Made by a program: the position numbers and the translations under genes | The notes under the pieces: generated by a model | Told to the model about the DNA's origin: nothing | Seen by the model: only the letters and a program-made list of their open reading frames with translations | Databases searched by the model: none | NCBI RefSeq assembly: GCF_009914755.1 | Contig: NC_060927.1 | Reading direction: 5' to 3' (one strand) | DNA: 64,000 nucleotides | DNA from: the human T2T-CHM13v2.0 reference genome, Homo sapiens | Shown here: one piece after another, positions 33,517 through 45,930 of the stretch | Layout of the letters: every line of letters starts with the position of its first letter | How positions within the stretch are numbered: position 1 is the first letter of the stretch

Positions 33517-34424
33517 GTAAGTAGAAATTCATTCCTTTGGGTTCCTGTATTCCCTCTTCAGTTTACCTGTTTGTTATATTTTCATTCCCTTCTTGGTGTA
33601 TTTCCCTTGATCGAGGTTGCCATAGCCAAAACAAGAATAGTAACTATTGACAAACTGAGTCTGAAATTGTTTCTCAGAAATAAAAACTCTGGAATGGATT
33701 CTGTCTTCTTGATAACAGCATTAATGAATTAAATTTTTAAAATGAGAACTTTCACTTTTTAATAATTTTAATCAAGGGAGAAGATCTTAAATAAAAACCT
33801 TGTGAGAAAATAAATAGAAACTGGAACGCAGTGGATGACCTGTTAATGCCTTATGTTACTAACAATATCAAGTGCTGTTTCTTTAGGCCTGACTCAATAA
33901 CTAATCTCCCACATGCTCCTATTAGTCATGTGGCTACTACTTGGCCATGTGGCAACATGTAAATTATACATCTTTACCAATACTATTTACACTAGCAAAC
34001 AATTGCTCTGATAACTAGTTTTCCCTGTAGGTTTTCATTTGTCCAGGTCTTATAAATCTTTTCCCCAATCCTTTCTGTCACATCAGCACAACTTCAAAGA
34101 AATTCTCAATTCATTTACATTCCTCTTTACCTGACAATCTAAATCCATAGGCAGCTGTTTGTGTCAGTTCAGCTGTTACAGCAGGTCCCCCTCCTCCTCT
34201 CATCTGCGTTGTGGTATAGAGACTGTGTCAGGGCATGCTTCAGGAAGGAGGGAGTGGTTTGTTTGTATTGGTTTCAGACAGACTCACATGTTCTCTGTCC
34301 TCTAGATAAGGAGATTTCAAATTGCTACCTAGTGAGTCAGTTCCCAGCCAGCACTAAAACTGGCTTAACTTCTAGTTTTTCTTCCAAGTCTACCTTTAAA
34401 TCACATGCCCTTTCTCCACCAAAG

Positions 34425-34596
34425 CCTGCAGCAGGAGTTCCTCCGCCCTTCACCGCATCATCGGAGGCACAGACACCCTGGAGGGGGGTTGGCCGTGGCA
34501 GGTCAGCCTCCACTTTGTTGGATCTGCCTACTGTGGTGCCTCAGTCATCTCCAGGGAGTGGCTTCTTTCTGCAGCCCACTGTTTTCATGGAAACAG
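34425..34596 (+). CDS. TMPRSS7: TMPRSS7 exon, activation site (HR|IIGG) and catalytic His (LSAAHC)
   Basis: ccaccaaag / AG|gtaggg; 172 nt; WPWQVSL and CGASVI motifs. Confidence 0.97.
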
Positions 34597-35979
34597 GTAG
34601 GGCCTCACGGTCCTTACTTTCAAGTGGCACTCTGTGGCCATAGACAATATATCTGCCCTCAAATTGTGGGAAGCAGATCCCTGTTGGGGACATTCAATCA
34701 ATTCAATTGCACTTTCATTTTTTGGATCCCACGTGTGTGACAAACATTTTTTTTTAAGGTATTATTGGTATAAAAAAAGCACAAAGGAAACATCAAGAAT
34801 GAATAGGCTTTTACTAAGGCTGGGAAAATAAGATAGGGCTTTTAACTCAGAGGGAGCAAACTTAAGAGAATGTGTGGAGAATGTGGAGAAAAATGGGCAC
34901 TGGAGAGTGACTGGAGAATGGAGGTCCCCAATGGGATTATGATGGGATAGATGCTCTTCCAGCCAAGGGTAAGAGGACATCTTAGAAAATAACCTCACTT
35001 AAAATTTAAACTTACTATTGGAATCTACTGAATCTTAGGTTAAAAAAATCATTCACTTCTCATTCTGCATTTTTTTTTTAGTATTTCAATGAAGTTACAC
35101 AGTTTGGATATTTGTTTCCCTGAAAATTATAGGATTTGTGTTAATTATTAAGATAGCTTCACATCTGTTTGATCATGAGTCTCTAATGCTGTGAAACTGC
35201 TCCAAATAATGTATTAACCCTAATATTTCTTTGGGTGTCCATTGACACTCATGAGACATCAGCTAAGCAAATTAGTGACCAAAATTTTGGGGCTTCCTCA
35301 TTTTTTTCACTCCCACTCTTTACCCCACTGCTATGCTGATGGAGATGGACGCTTCACATGGAGATTACAAGTTCTTCTGTGACTTGTGCAAGGTCATGGA
35401 GGTCAAGATTGGGATTCTGGAAGGACTGATGGGAATGGCAGTTGGTGACCCTATGAATGGGCATTGTTGAGCAGTAAGAGTAGTGATCATTAAGGCTTCC
35501 AGTAGTTTGCCAGAAGGAATTTCATTAAATTCCTGCTTATAGCACTTTGATTTCTAATCTATCTTGGTATTCATATCATTTGAATTTGGTAGTAGGATTC
35601 TCCATCAAATGCCATTGTCAGCATGAATAGGAAGAATGTAACAAATTAATTCTAGTTACCAACATTCTTGACCTGTGTGTGGTTCATGAAATACTAGTGG
35701 AAAGAAAATGTCCAGGCATTTGCTTAGGACACTGTTGAGTGAATTTTCTATTACTTGCCACTCCTAATACAGCTTACGTCATTTCTGACTTTTTGAGGGA
35801 GACAAGGGAGGCTCACAGTTACGCTTTCTGCCATGGTCCCCGGACAAAGCCAGTGACTATAATAACACCCTGGAAGTCAGGCCCTTCTTTTTCAGCCCTC
35901 AACTCTTTAGAGTGCTTGTTTGCAAACTGTATGTGGTTCTTTAAGCTGCTAACTTTATGTTTCATTACTGTTCTATCAG

Positions 35980-36248
35980 GCTGTCAGATCCCACACCATG
36001 GACTGCACACCTCGGGATGTATGTTCAGGGGAATGCCAAGTTTGTCTCCCCGGTGAGAAGAATTGTGGTCCACGAGTACTATAACAGTCAGACTTTTGAT
36101 TATGATATTGCTTTGCTACAGCTCAGTATTGCCTGGCCTGAGACCCTGAAACAGCTCATTCAGCCAATATGCATTCCTCCCACTGGTCAGAGAGTTCGCA
36201 GTGGGGAGAAGTGCTGGGTAACTGGCTGGGGGCGAAGACACGAAGCAG
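35980..36248 (+). CDS. TMPRSS7: TMPRSS7 exon, catalytic Asp (DYDIALLQL), PICIP, CWVTGWG
   Basis: ctatcag / G|gtgtgt; 269 nt, phase 2->1. Confidence 0.97.
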
Positions 36249-37845
36249 GTGTGTGTATGAATGAATGGTCATGCCCTTCCCCTGCAGAGGATGATAAGGT
36301 GTTTATGTAGTGCTTTAGGGTTCACAGAGAGGGTTTGTGTATATGATCTCCTTTGAACCTCCTGACAACTCTGGAAGGTTGGATTGGAGGAGGGTACTGT
36401 TATTTCTTTTTAATGATGCTATCCACCTGCTTTAAAAGAAGCAGGGCTCACCTTATAAAGAGGGAGAGGACTGTGTATGAGCAAGGCAGGATTGACTAGA
36501 TAGTCATGGGCCCTTTTCAAACTCTGAAGGTTATGCTATGTTATTCACTAGAGAAGGAGCAATTCCTCCCTTTTCATTCAAAGAAATGATTCATTTATAA
36601 AGGAGAGAAGGACACACATGCACATCCCACTATGTCAACTCATAGGCAACAGTCTGGGAGACTATGTGGGTATGACCTGTGCCTGTGCAATTGGCCAAGG
36701 GATGAGAGTAAGGGCTGAACTTCAGACTGCCCTTAGTTTCCAGACCAGAAACTCAGGCCTGGAGGTTATACCTCCAGGATTTGGATTTGGTCCACCCAGA
36801 GGAGATACCTTTTTGCTATTTCTCTGACGGGAGAGGACATCTTTTCAATATGCATAAAGATCAGGCTGTATAGTAGGGAAGTCCCTACATCTACCCTGCC
36901 AAGGTTTTTCATGGTCCAGGATTCAAGGTGGGATTCTGAATATATAGTGAGGGGAAGAATCCAATGCTTTGTGAATGTATCCCCAAACGCTAGTGCTAAT
37001 ATTTTCCCTTGATCTTTCAATCACCTCACCTTCTTTTGCCATCCTTTTCAAGGGTTTAGGACACGTACAGCATCTGTAATTCCTGAACCTTGCCCTGTAG
37101 CCTCGTTTTGACACTCTAAAGTGTGGGCAACTTCTCAAAGGCAGCTTCTCAGTGCTTTCATTTAGTGATTGAAGTAGTAATACCACCAGCTTGGGTCCAC
37201 TGAAGTCTCAGGGTCCCAAGGAGGGAAGGCAGCTGACTGTGAACACTTGTAACTTTGATAGGTTACTGTGCTCAGTGCTTTGATTACATTATCATATATC
37301 ACAGGAGAAAAGCATCTGCCCAACCAACTTATCATGAGATGTTTTCTTTATAAGCCTGGGTATGTGTGTGTACACTTATTTTTCTGAATCATCTTAGCCA
37401 GGTAGGTTCAAAAGGAAGTGAAACAGCTATTTGCAAACTGTTAGGTTTTTATGGTTCATCAGAGACTCCCATATATCAGTTATGCTGCTCCATTTAAAGA
37501 GCTCTCTTGAATAGTAGATATTAGTAATAACTGTTGCTGACTTACCATCCTACGGAAAACAGGAGGGAAATGGTGAGGAATATGGCACAGTTGTTCAAGT
37601 AATTGAGTCAGACCTTGGGTCTGAATCTTGTGTTACTTGCTAGTGGTGTGTCACTGGGCAAGCCCTTTAATCTCCTAGCACTCGATTTCTTCATCAGCAA
37701 AATGAGGATAATAGTAGAATTTACCTCAAGGGAATTGCCGCTATGAGGGTAAAAGGAGATAATGTGTGTTAACTTTTCAAATGAAGTCCTGAATACATGC
37801 GGCCATTACCACTAACATCATTTCTACTTCCAATGTGTTTTGCAG

Positions 37846-37982
37846 ATAATAAAGGCTCCCTCGTTCTGCAGCAAGCGGAGGTAGAGCTCATTGATCAAAC
37901 GCTCTGTGTTTCCACCTACGGGATCATCACTTCTCGGATGCTCTGTGCAGGCATAATGTCAGGCAAGAGAGATGCCTGCAAA
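37846..37982 (+). CDS. TMPRSS7: TMPRSS7 exon, protease (LQQAEV...MLCAG...RDACK) with S1-pocket Asp
   Basis: ttttgcag / AAA|gtaagt; 137 nt, phase 1->0. Confidence 0.97.
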
Positions 37983-38528
37983 GTAAGTCATTGTACCTTT
38001 CCCTTGCCTAACATGTTGTGCTTTCCATAAATGCTTTCTCACTTAATCTACATAACACTGGGAAATAACCAGGGCAGGTATTTCCCTGAATTCACTTGAG
38101 CTGCTCAGATATTATTTATCATCCAATTGCCTAAGATCTTGGAGAGGTGTTGAAATAATTTATTCTATAGAACGCAGTTTTCTATAATGTGCTCCATGTA
38201 TTTTCCTTCAATATTTAGAGGATGAGGTCAGCATTCATCATTCTGCCATAATTTTCTTATAACCAATTTATTTCCTATTTCCTTAGCAGCTGCCATTTAA
38301 TTTCTAAAATTTGAAGGATTTTATTTACTCATTCCTTTGAAGTATATGCTGGTGGAAAGAGGAGAGGAATGGAGAGGTGACAAAGAATACTCATTTGTAG
38401 TTCTCTGGGTAGGCCCCTGGCAGTGGTAAAGTTGGAAGTCACCTTTGGGGTGACATTTCTCGGAGCCTGAGATTCCAATCTATGCAGTTACCTACATGAT
38501 TGCCAAAGAGTAAATAGATGATTTAGAG

Positions 38529-38749
38529 CAAACTTGTCCAACCCACGGCCCACAGGCCACATGCAGCCCAGGACAGCTTTGAATGCAGCCCAACACAAAT
38601 TCACAAACTTTCTGAAAACATCATGAGATTTTTTTTTGCAATTTTTTTTAGCTCATTAGTTATCATTAGTGTTCGTACATTTTATGTGTGGCCTGAGACA
38701 ATTCTTCTTCCAGTGTGGCTCAGGGAAGCCAAAAGATTGCATACTCCTG
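38529..38749. mobile_element. MER30 (hAT-Charlie) MITE
   Basis: Perfect 8-bp TSD atttagag (38521-28, 38750-57); MER30-like body. Confidence 0.85.
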
Positions 38750-38849
38750 ATTTAGAGGGTGAGTAGGACAGTGGGAGCTGTTCTTTCATCTTTCCACAAG
38801 CTTAGCCATGATGCCACAAAAACTCATCCTATAATAATGACTTCTGTCT

Positions 38850-39040
38850 TCTGAGCTCCTATTTTGTGGCAAGCACCGTGCTAGGTTCTTTACATAAATT
38901 CATTCCAATCATTCTTTTTTCCTCATTTTATAGAAGAGGAAACTGGGCACAGAGAGGGTAAGTAAATTGCCTAAGGTCATACAGCTAGTAAGTGTAAATG
39001 TCTGAGCTGGGATTTGAACCCTTGCCTCTCTAATGCTAAG
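38850..39040 (-). mobile_element. MIR
   Basis: gaggaaactgggcacagagagggtaagtaaattgcctaaggtcatacagctag core. Confidence 0.75.
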
Positions 39041-39632
39041 GGTACTCTATTTTGGGTGCTTCCCATAGCTAGTCGGTTACACAGCCCTGTTCCACACAGC
39101 CACAAGTGTTTACTTGTTAAACTTAGTAGAGTTGATGTGGTGGCAATTAAAATAAAGAGCCCAGCTTCCCTACTAGTTGGAATTTTCCTAATCAGGTATA
39201 AGATCATAATTTGGATACATGGGCAAATTTGTTGCCTCTGAGTAAGTTGCAAGATTATCTACCCTCTAAAATAGGAAAATAAAACCTAGATATTATAATT
39301 TAAAGGACTAATACTGTGGAAATTATGTTTATACTTTGAATTGTTTAAGCCTTTGCTTAGAGGAATTGAGATATCAGAAAGGACTCTCAAGTGAGAGTGA
39401 TTTGTTTGTGATGACTGTGGACCAGCAGTTGTTAGGGTTTTTTCACTGGACCTGGCTAACTAAACAGGTCTCTTCTTCTCCATGGGGCTATGAGCTAATC
39501 ACTAAAGTTGCATGGCCCAGAGATAGAAGTCAATCTTCCAAGATAACCATGCCTCATAAGGTTGTTGTGAGGATTAAATGTCTCTAAACGATTCTTAGCA
39601 CATAGCTAGCACTAAATAAATTTTAGCCCTCA

Positions 39633-39710
39633 CTACTACTACTACTACTACTACCACCACTACTACTACTACTACTATTACCACCACCACCACCACCACC
39701 ATCACCACTA
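39633..39710. repeat. Compound (CTA)n/(CCA)n trinucleotide repeat
   Basis: Directly visible. Confidence 0.95.
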
Positions 39711-40023
39711 GTATTACTGAGGTTTATTCTTTGTTTAGGGCTATGTGAGAGTTGTTTTCTCCAGTAAGAATCTTCCAGTGTTATTCTTAGCCTAAAGAAT
39801 CATGTTTCGTCTAATGAATGCAGCTGTTTGATTATAGGAAGAATAATTATAAAATGATAGAAGTTTCACATTAGTTTTTCACACTTCCCAAATTACAGAG
39901 TGATTAGCCAAGCAAAAACATGTCATTAGAGGACTCTTGAACACAATTCATTAGATACAATAAAGATGAAACTGATGATCATGGGACCAATTTACTTTAT
40001 ACTTACATTTTTTGTGTGTGTAG

Positions 40024-40194
40024 GGAGATTCGGGTGGACCTTTATCTTGTCGAAGAAAAAGTGATGGAAAATGGATTTTGACTGGCATTGTTAGCTGGGG
40101 ACATGGATGTGGACGACCAAACTTTCCTGGTGTTTACACAAGGGTGTCAAACTTTGTTCCCTGGATTCATAAATATGTCCCTTCTCTTTTGTAA
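40024..40194 (+). CDS. TMPRSS7: TMPRSS7 last coding exon, catalytic Ser (GDSGGP...[21 protein letters not shown]...PSLL*)
   Basis: tgtgtag acceptor; 57 codons ending TAA at 40192-40194. Confidence 0.97.
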   Translation, partial: GDSGGPLSCRRKSDGKWILTGIVSWGHGCGRPNFPGVYTRVSNFVPWIHKYVPSLL

Positions 40195-40260
40195 TTGTAC
40201 CAGTTGTATTTTTACTGTGATTTATGTTAAAAATAGATACTTTAAAATGATGCAGTAATT

Positions 40261-40670
<410 letters not shown>

Positions 40671-43600
40671 ATTAGTCCCTTACTTTTTTTCAACTGGAAG
40701 TGTCAAATTACATACATTTAATACTTATTGAAAGACAGGTTAATATGTGTTCCATAAAAAGTTTTCCCAAGGAAATAACTATATTCATTCTTAAGTACAA
40801 AAGGCTATTGATTCAGAGATGGAAGAAACCTAAAGTAATGTTATGAACCAAGCCTCTAAAATAAAATAAAAAAATAAGGGAGATGTTCAGGCATCCCTAT
40901 TTTATGTCCCTATTCATGTTCAGATACTTATAAAAATTACAGCAAATTTGACTTATTAAAATAAGAAATTCCAGTAAAAAACATACCTGACCTTCAGCAT
41001 TTTCAAGAAACTAAATGCACAAAATATCTCCTTTGCAAATGCAAATGAAGCAAAACTCAGTTATCGACAGAATAAGTACCTATATTGTTGCTTTACAAAC
41101 CAATTTTATCTAAACATATCATAGTGGACCATCTTCAGCCATGGCACATGGTAATGTTGTGTACAGAGAAACCAATCAACCAACCAACAAAACTGACAGC
41201 AACCATTACTAAATGGCAGAATAAAGCATCATGGTAATTGAATCGAAAGCATGTATATGAGATTCAAAGAAATTGTTGTAATGCTGGTCAGCAAAAAAAA
41301 GGCAAAGAAATTTTTGAATGATTGTTGCAAAAGTGAAATTTTTCAGAAATATTATCATCTGGCTTTTGGTTCTTTTTAAAACCCCAGTGGATGAGACTTT
41401 CTTTTACTTTCAGACTCTTATAATACCTTACATAGTTGTAAGCCTATAGCACACTCTCAATGTATCTTAGTTCTTGATTTATTTTATCTTGATTTAGAAG
41501 GTTTCATACTTGATCTCAGAATATTCTTTTCATTAACAGAAGCCAGAATTGATAGTACCACCAAATGAGTGAAAACAACAGAAAAAAGAGTGATATTATT
41601 TGTTTTCCTGTTATAAAGTCAAAGAAGTAATAAAAATACTAACATCAGGTAGTGTCTATTAATAGAATAATGCACAGAACCTTAGAAAATCTTAATGTAA
41701 CAGCAAAAGGAGAGAGAGCAAAAGGTGTCATCTCCCAGGCCAGATAAATTTTTCAGTTCATAGAATATACTTTGATTTGTTAAAAGACTGTTCCCTCAGA
41801 TTAAGGATAAAGCATCTTAATAATACCTCTATGAATGGGCCCCAAAGGTTTCAGTAAACTGGCTATACGATAGTGCAATTCAGAGGGCCAAGTGTACCAC
41901 TAATTCAAAAGGGAGGACTTTGCTACTGAATCCACTGGATAGAAGAGCGAATTAGGCTGATAGTTCTTATAATCTACATTATTTTGTCTGGATGGCTGTG
42001 ACCTATATACAAGGTGAGTTGTACTTTTTACTTTATGGTCATTTCTAGGGCATAGAATTGCTCTTCACAAAATACATGAAAACCTTTGCATAAGTCTGTG
42101 ATCTCGGTTAGGGGATGGAGGAGGGCTGGCATGATCCATCAGATTCATCAGAGGGAGTTTTTGAAAGCACATGTATGTACTACCTCTATAGGCCCTCACT
42201 GGTATTAAAGTGAGTACACGATATGCTGTAGCAGTGCTGGGGCAGGGAAAAGGTTGAAAAACAAACATAACTTGCTTGGATATTGCATGTTAAGATGCAT
42301 TTAGAACCTGAATGATGTGGGAATATCCACTTCATTCTTGCAAAGGTGTGAAGTAAGGCAAGTCCCAAGAATGGTTTTGTTAGCAGAGCAAAATGGCCTT
42401 CATAAATTAAGACAGAAGCATTTCACGTGCCATATTATCAGGGAGAACTTGTAGGGACTCATGCCTTCTTTCACAGTGCCTTGAAAATAGCACAGTGAAG
42501 CACCACAAGCAACCATTTCTCAATTGTTTTCTACTTGATTAGCTTGAGTGGCTGACCCAGTTGCTGACGTTCGGAGTAGTATTGCTTGCCATCTGACAAC
42601 ACACAGGAACAAACTGTTGCGTATTCCAGAGTCACAGACCTATTTGAAGGGAATGAGATGCCTTTGGTGTATTGGTGATATCACTCTGATGATGTTACTT
42701 TGTTTTTCAGTTTATATGATAACCATTTAGAAAATTATTTGCTTCTAAAAAGGATTTAAAAAGAAGAGCAAGTACTATTAAAAAAAAGCAACATCAAAAA
42801 TCTTATATTGGTCAGCAAATATAAGTATGTTTTAATTTTTTAATGTTACTTAAATTAGACACTTCAAACAAACTAAAGCAATTGAGTCAATAATAATTTT
42901 AAATTATATTAAAGAAATCTATTTTTGAAATAATAGTATATTTAAAAAGCCACCCTTATGTAAATGAATTCTGAAGGAATTACAAAAACAAATCTAGGTA
43001 GAGTTTGGTTCCTCATTCACAAATTCTTGACTTTCATCAGACTCGTTTAATCTAAACTTGGTTGTACCTCTAGGGAGAAACACCTCTTCCTAACTTATTC
43101 TGAATCCTTAGTGTGGAGTGAAACTGGCAGGATGAAGAAAGTCTTCAGGTAGGGTTGGGACTCTCATCTGCATTCTAGGTCAGCTGTCTGGAGATTAAGA
43201 AATTTGCAGTTAACAGGAACAGGAACAGGTTGCAAATAAGAATTTAGTTCAGGTAATATGGGAGGTGTCAGCAAGTGTCAGTGATCAGGAAAATAGGACA
43301 GCACAGGAAGAAAAACCAATATCAAAAGAAAACATATTGAATCAAGGGTTAGTGCTGGGTGCTAAGGGTCGGGGGAGAGTGGGTATTAGCCACAAAGACA
43401 CAGTCAGGGAATGTAATGGAGCATTTACTGAGATCCTTTCATTTTTCAGGCACAGGAATAAATTCTTTACCTTAATCTTCCTGACTCTGCTAGGTAGGAA
43501 TCATTTTATAAGAAAACAAGCAGACATTGAACAGCTTGCCCAAGAACACACAGATAGTGAGAGTCTAAATTTGATCCTAGTTCTGTCTGCCTTCAGAACT

Positions 43601-44457
43601 TATATTCCTTCCACTGTAACATGAGAACAAGGGTTAGGCATATGGAATTATAGAAATGCATTTAAATCTAATTACAGAGTATATAAACCTTGCTTAACAG
43701 TACTCAAAAGGCATTAGAAGATGTGGTTTAGGGTGTGCTTGAGACAGGAACAGTTGCTTTTTGATTCTCTGGGGGAGTGAGGGAGGCTTTAGGTATCTGT
43801 GCATGGAGAAATCAGGCATGGAGATAGCTACTATCCATCTGAAGTGAGAAAAAAATCTCACATTTAGGATGAACTTCTGCAATCAAATAAGGGAACTATG
43901 AGAAAAGTTTTCTGGACCCTGGGTAAGGATGGGGGTGGGGAGAATCAGAAGTTTGAGAGGTGTCAGTGCTTCCAGTCAGGTCTGCATGTTTTCGTGACTA
44001 CAGATCCTATCAAGACCTCCCTGCAAATTCCCACACCCTTCAGTGGCTCTAGTTCTTTATCAGTCTCCAGTCCCTTTTAGGCCTAGGAGTGTTAACAGCT
44101 TCTCGCTATTGCTAGTCCCTGGGTACGTCACCATGCCTTGTTGATTCCCTTAACCCTTGCTCCTTGGTTAAAAAACCTGTTCAAAAATCCCAGCTGAGAA
44201 TGCAGCCTGATTCTTGCAAGATCCACCTGTTGGAGCAGAAGTCAGTGCAGGTCAGCAGATGAGTCACTGCAGACTCCCCTTAGCAGGCAGATGGATCCAA
44301 AGTTCAGGGGATCTGGTAGCAGGCATCAGACTGCTGGAGACAGGATATCTAGGCTGTGTCTCAACATCAGGTACTGAAGATGCCAGACTTTTGGACTCAA
44401 GTCAACATATTTGGAGTGGAGCTGATTTATATGCTTCTTGTTAATGGTCTGGTCTTA

Positions 44458-44458
<1 letters not shown>

Positions 44459-44502
<44 letters not shown>

Positions 44503-44667
44503 GCGTGGAGGGTGAGAAGTAAGGAGCAAGACTATTCGGAACAGAAGCTTGAGAGTTGAGGCCCTTGGCCCAACCCATGCTGTGCTTAACAAACATAATT
44601 CCATGCTAACTAAACCGGAAGTTCTGAACTACAGATAGGGTGTCAAGGAGATTGTGTGTGCGCGTGC

Positions 44668-44698
<31 letters not shown>
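44459..44698. repeat. Two (TG)n microsatellites upstream of C3orf52
   Basis: 44459-44500 and 44654-44698. Confidence 0.95.
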
Positions 44699-44700
<2 letters not shown>

Positions 44701-45099
44701 GGCCCCTCCTCTCAAAGATAAATAATAATGGTCATTTATGAGTGCTTGCTGTGTCAATCACTGTTCTGAGTGCTTTGCTTACAACAACCCTTGTAATCCT
44801 GGTAACAACTACATTTAGGAGGGTACAAATATTACACCAACTTTCCAGATGAGGACGTTGGCACAGAGAGATGAAGACCGAGGTCTCACAGTGAGGAACC
44901 CTCTGGGTGGAGAATAACCCAGGTACACTGGTTTTAGAGTCCGCTGTCCCCAGCACCACACAATACTGTCTCTGTGCCTGACTCTGGACTTGCGAGGAAG
45001 TGTGTTGGTGTATATTATTCACCTTCATGCACTCAGAACCTAGCACCATGCTGGCACGAGGCATGGTTATTTGTTGATTGAATGAATGCACTTTTGCTA

Positions 45100-45930
45100 G
45101 GCCGCGAGGACTGTGGCAAACCCCAACAACCAACAGTTCGTAGGGTTAGATCGCAAACTTTTCTCCGTTGGACGGTGCTGCCGGGCCCACCCTTTCCTTA
45201 CCACAGCCCGGCACCCAGGCAGCCCCTAAACGGAGATGGTCTGCATCTGCAGGCGCGGGGAAAGGCATAGCAGGCAGCGCCCTGAACAAATCAGAAAAAC
45301 AGCCTTCGGCTCTGGAGCCCACTCCGGCACGGCCTCAGGTGCTCTACCCCGCGGGATCCAGGGAGTGGCCGCCACTCACAGTTGCCCCTCCTGTCCGCTC
45401 CGGTCCGCTCCCGCCGCCCGAGGTCCGCGACGCCCCGCCCAGTGGGTGGAGTGTGAGGCGGGGAGGTCGCTCGACTCGCCGGCGCTGTGGCCTCCCGCGG
45501 AGCCGCTCAGACTTTCCCTGCCGGCACATGGACCTGGCCCAACCCTCACAGCCAGTAGACGAGCTGGAGCTCTCGGTGCTCGAGCGGCAGCCAGAAGAGA
45601 ACACGCCTCTCAATGGTGCCGACAAGGTCTTCCCTTCTTTGGACGAGGAGGTCCCCCCGGCCGAGGTAAGGTCCCCTTGGCGCTGGCCCTAACTTGCCGG
45701 CGGCGGGACAGTAGTAGGACCCGGGCCTGGCACCCGCGAGTTTCGGGTTTCCAGTCAGGCGGGGCGTCGACGGCGCCGAGCGAGGGTGGGGCGCGCTCGA
45801 GTGCTCTGAATGGAGCCGAGTCACCGCGACACCTTTCGGCCCGAGCAGTCCCCTCCCCAGCCCCTGGGGTCCTCCAACCCCTCTGACCCCCGAGGCGCTT
45901 TAGGAATCCTAGTGGTGAGGTGTGGCCGCT
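45100..45930 (+). promoter_or_regulatory. C3orf52: CpG-island promoter/first exon of C3orf52
   Basis: Abrupt GC/CpG enrichment, GC boxes (ccccgccc, ggggcg), spans ATG at 45528. Confidence 0.9.
45528..45665 (+). CDS. C3orf52: C3orf52/TTMP coding exon 1 (MDLAQPSQPVDELELSVLERQPEENTPLNGADKVFPSLDEEVPPAE)
   Basis: cacATGG start, GAG|gtaagg donor; 46 codons; recognised TTMP N-terminus. Confidence 0.92.

Noticed and set aside
34161-34740. 160-aa and 111-aa ORFs over the activation-site exon
   Set aside because: Alternative frames of the real exon plus intron; the true frame reads RIIGG
45168-45886. Long ORFs of 174 aa (TTG start, in frame with C3orf52) and 216 aa over the CpG island
   Set aside because: Stop-poor GC-rich DNA; both run through the exon 1 donor into the intron, and the starts probably lie upstream of the TSS. 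Ribo-seq would be needed to support an N-terminal extension or uORF.
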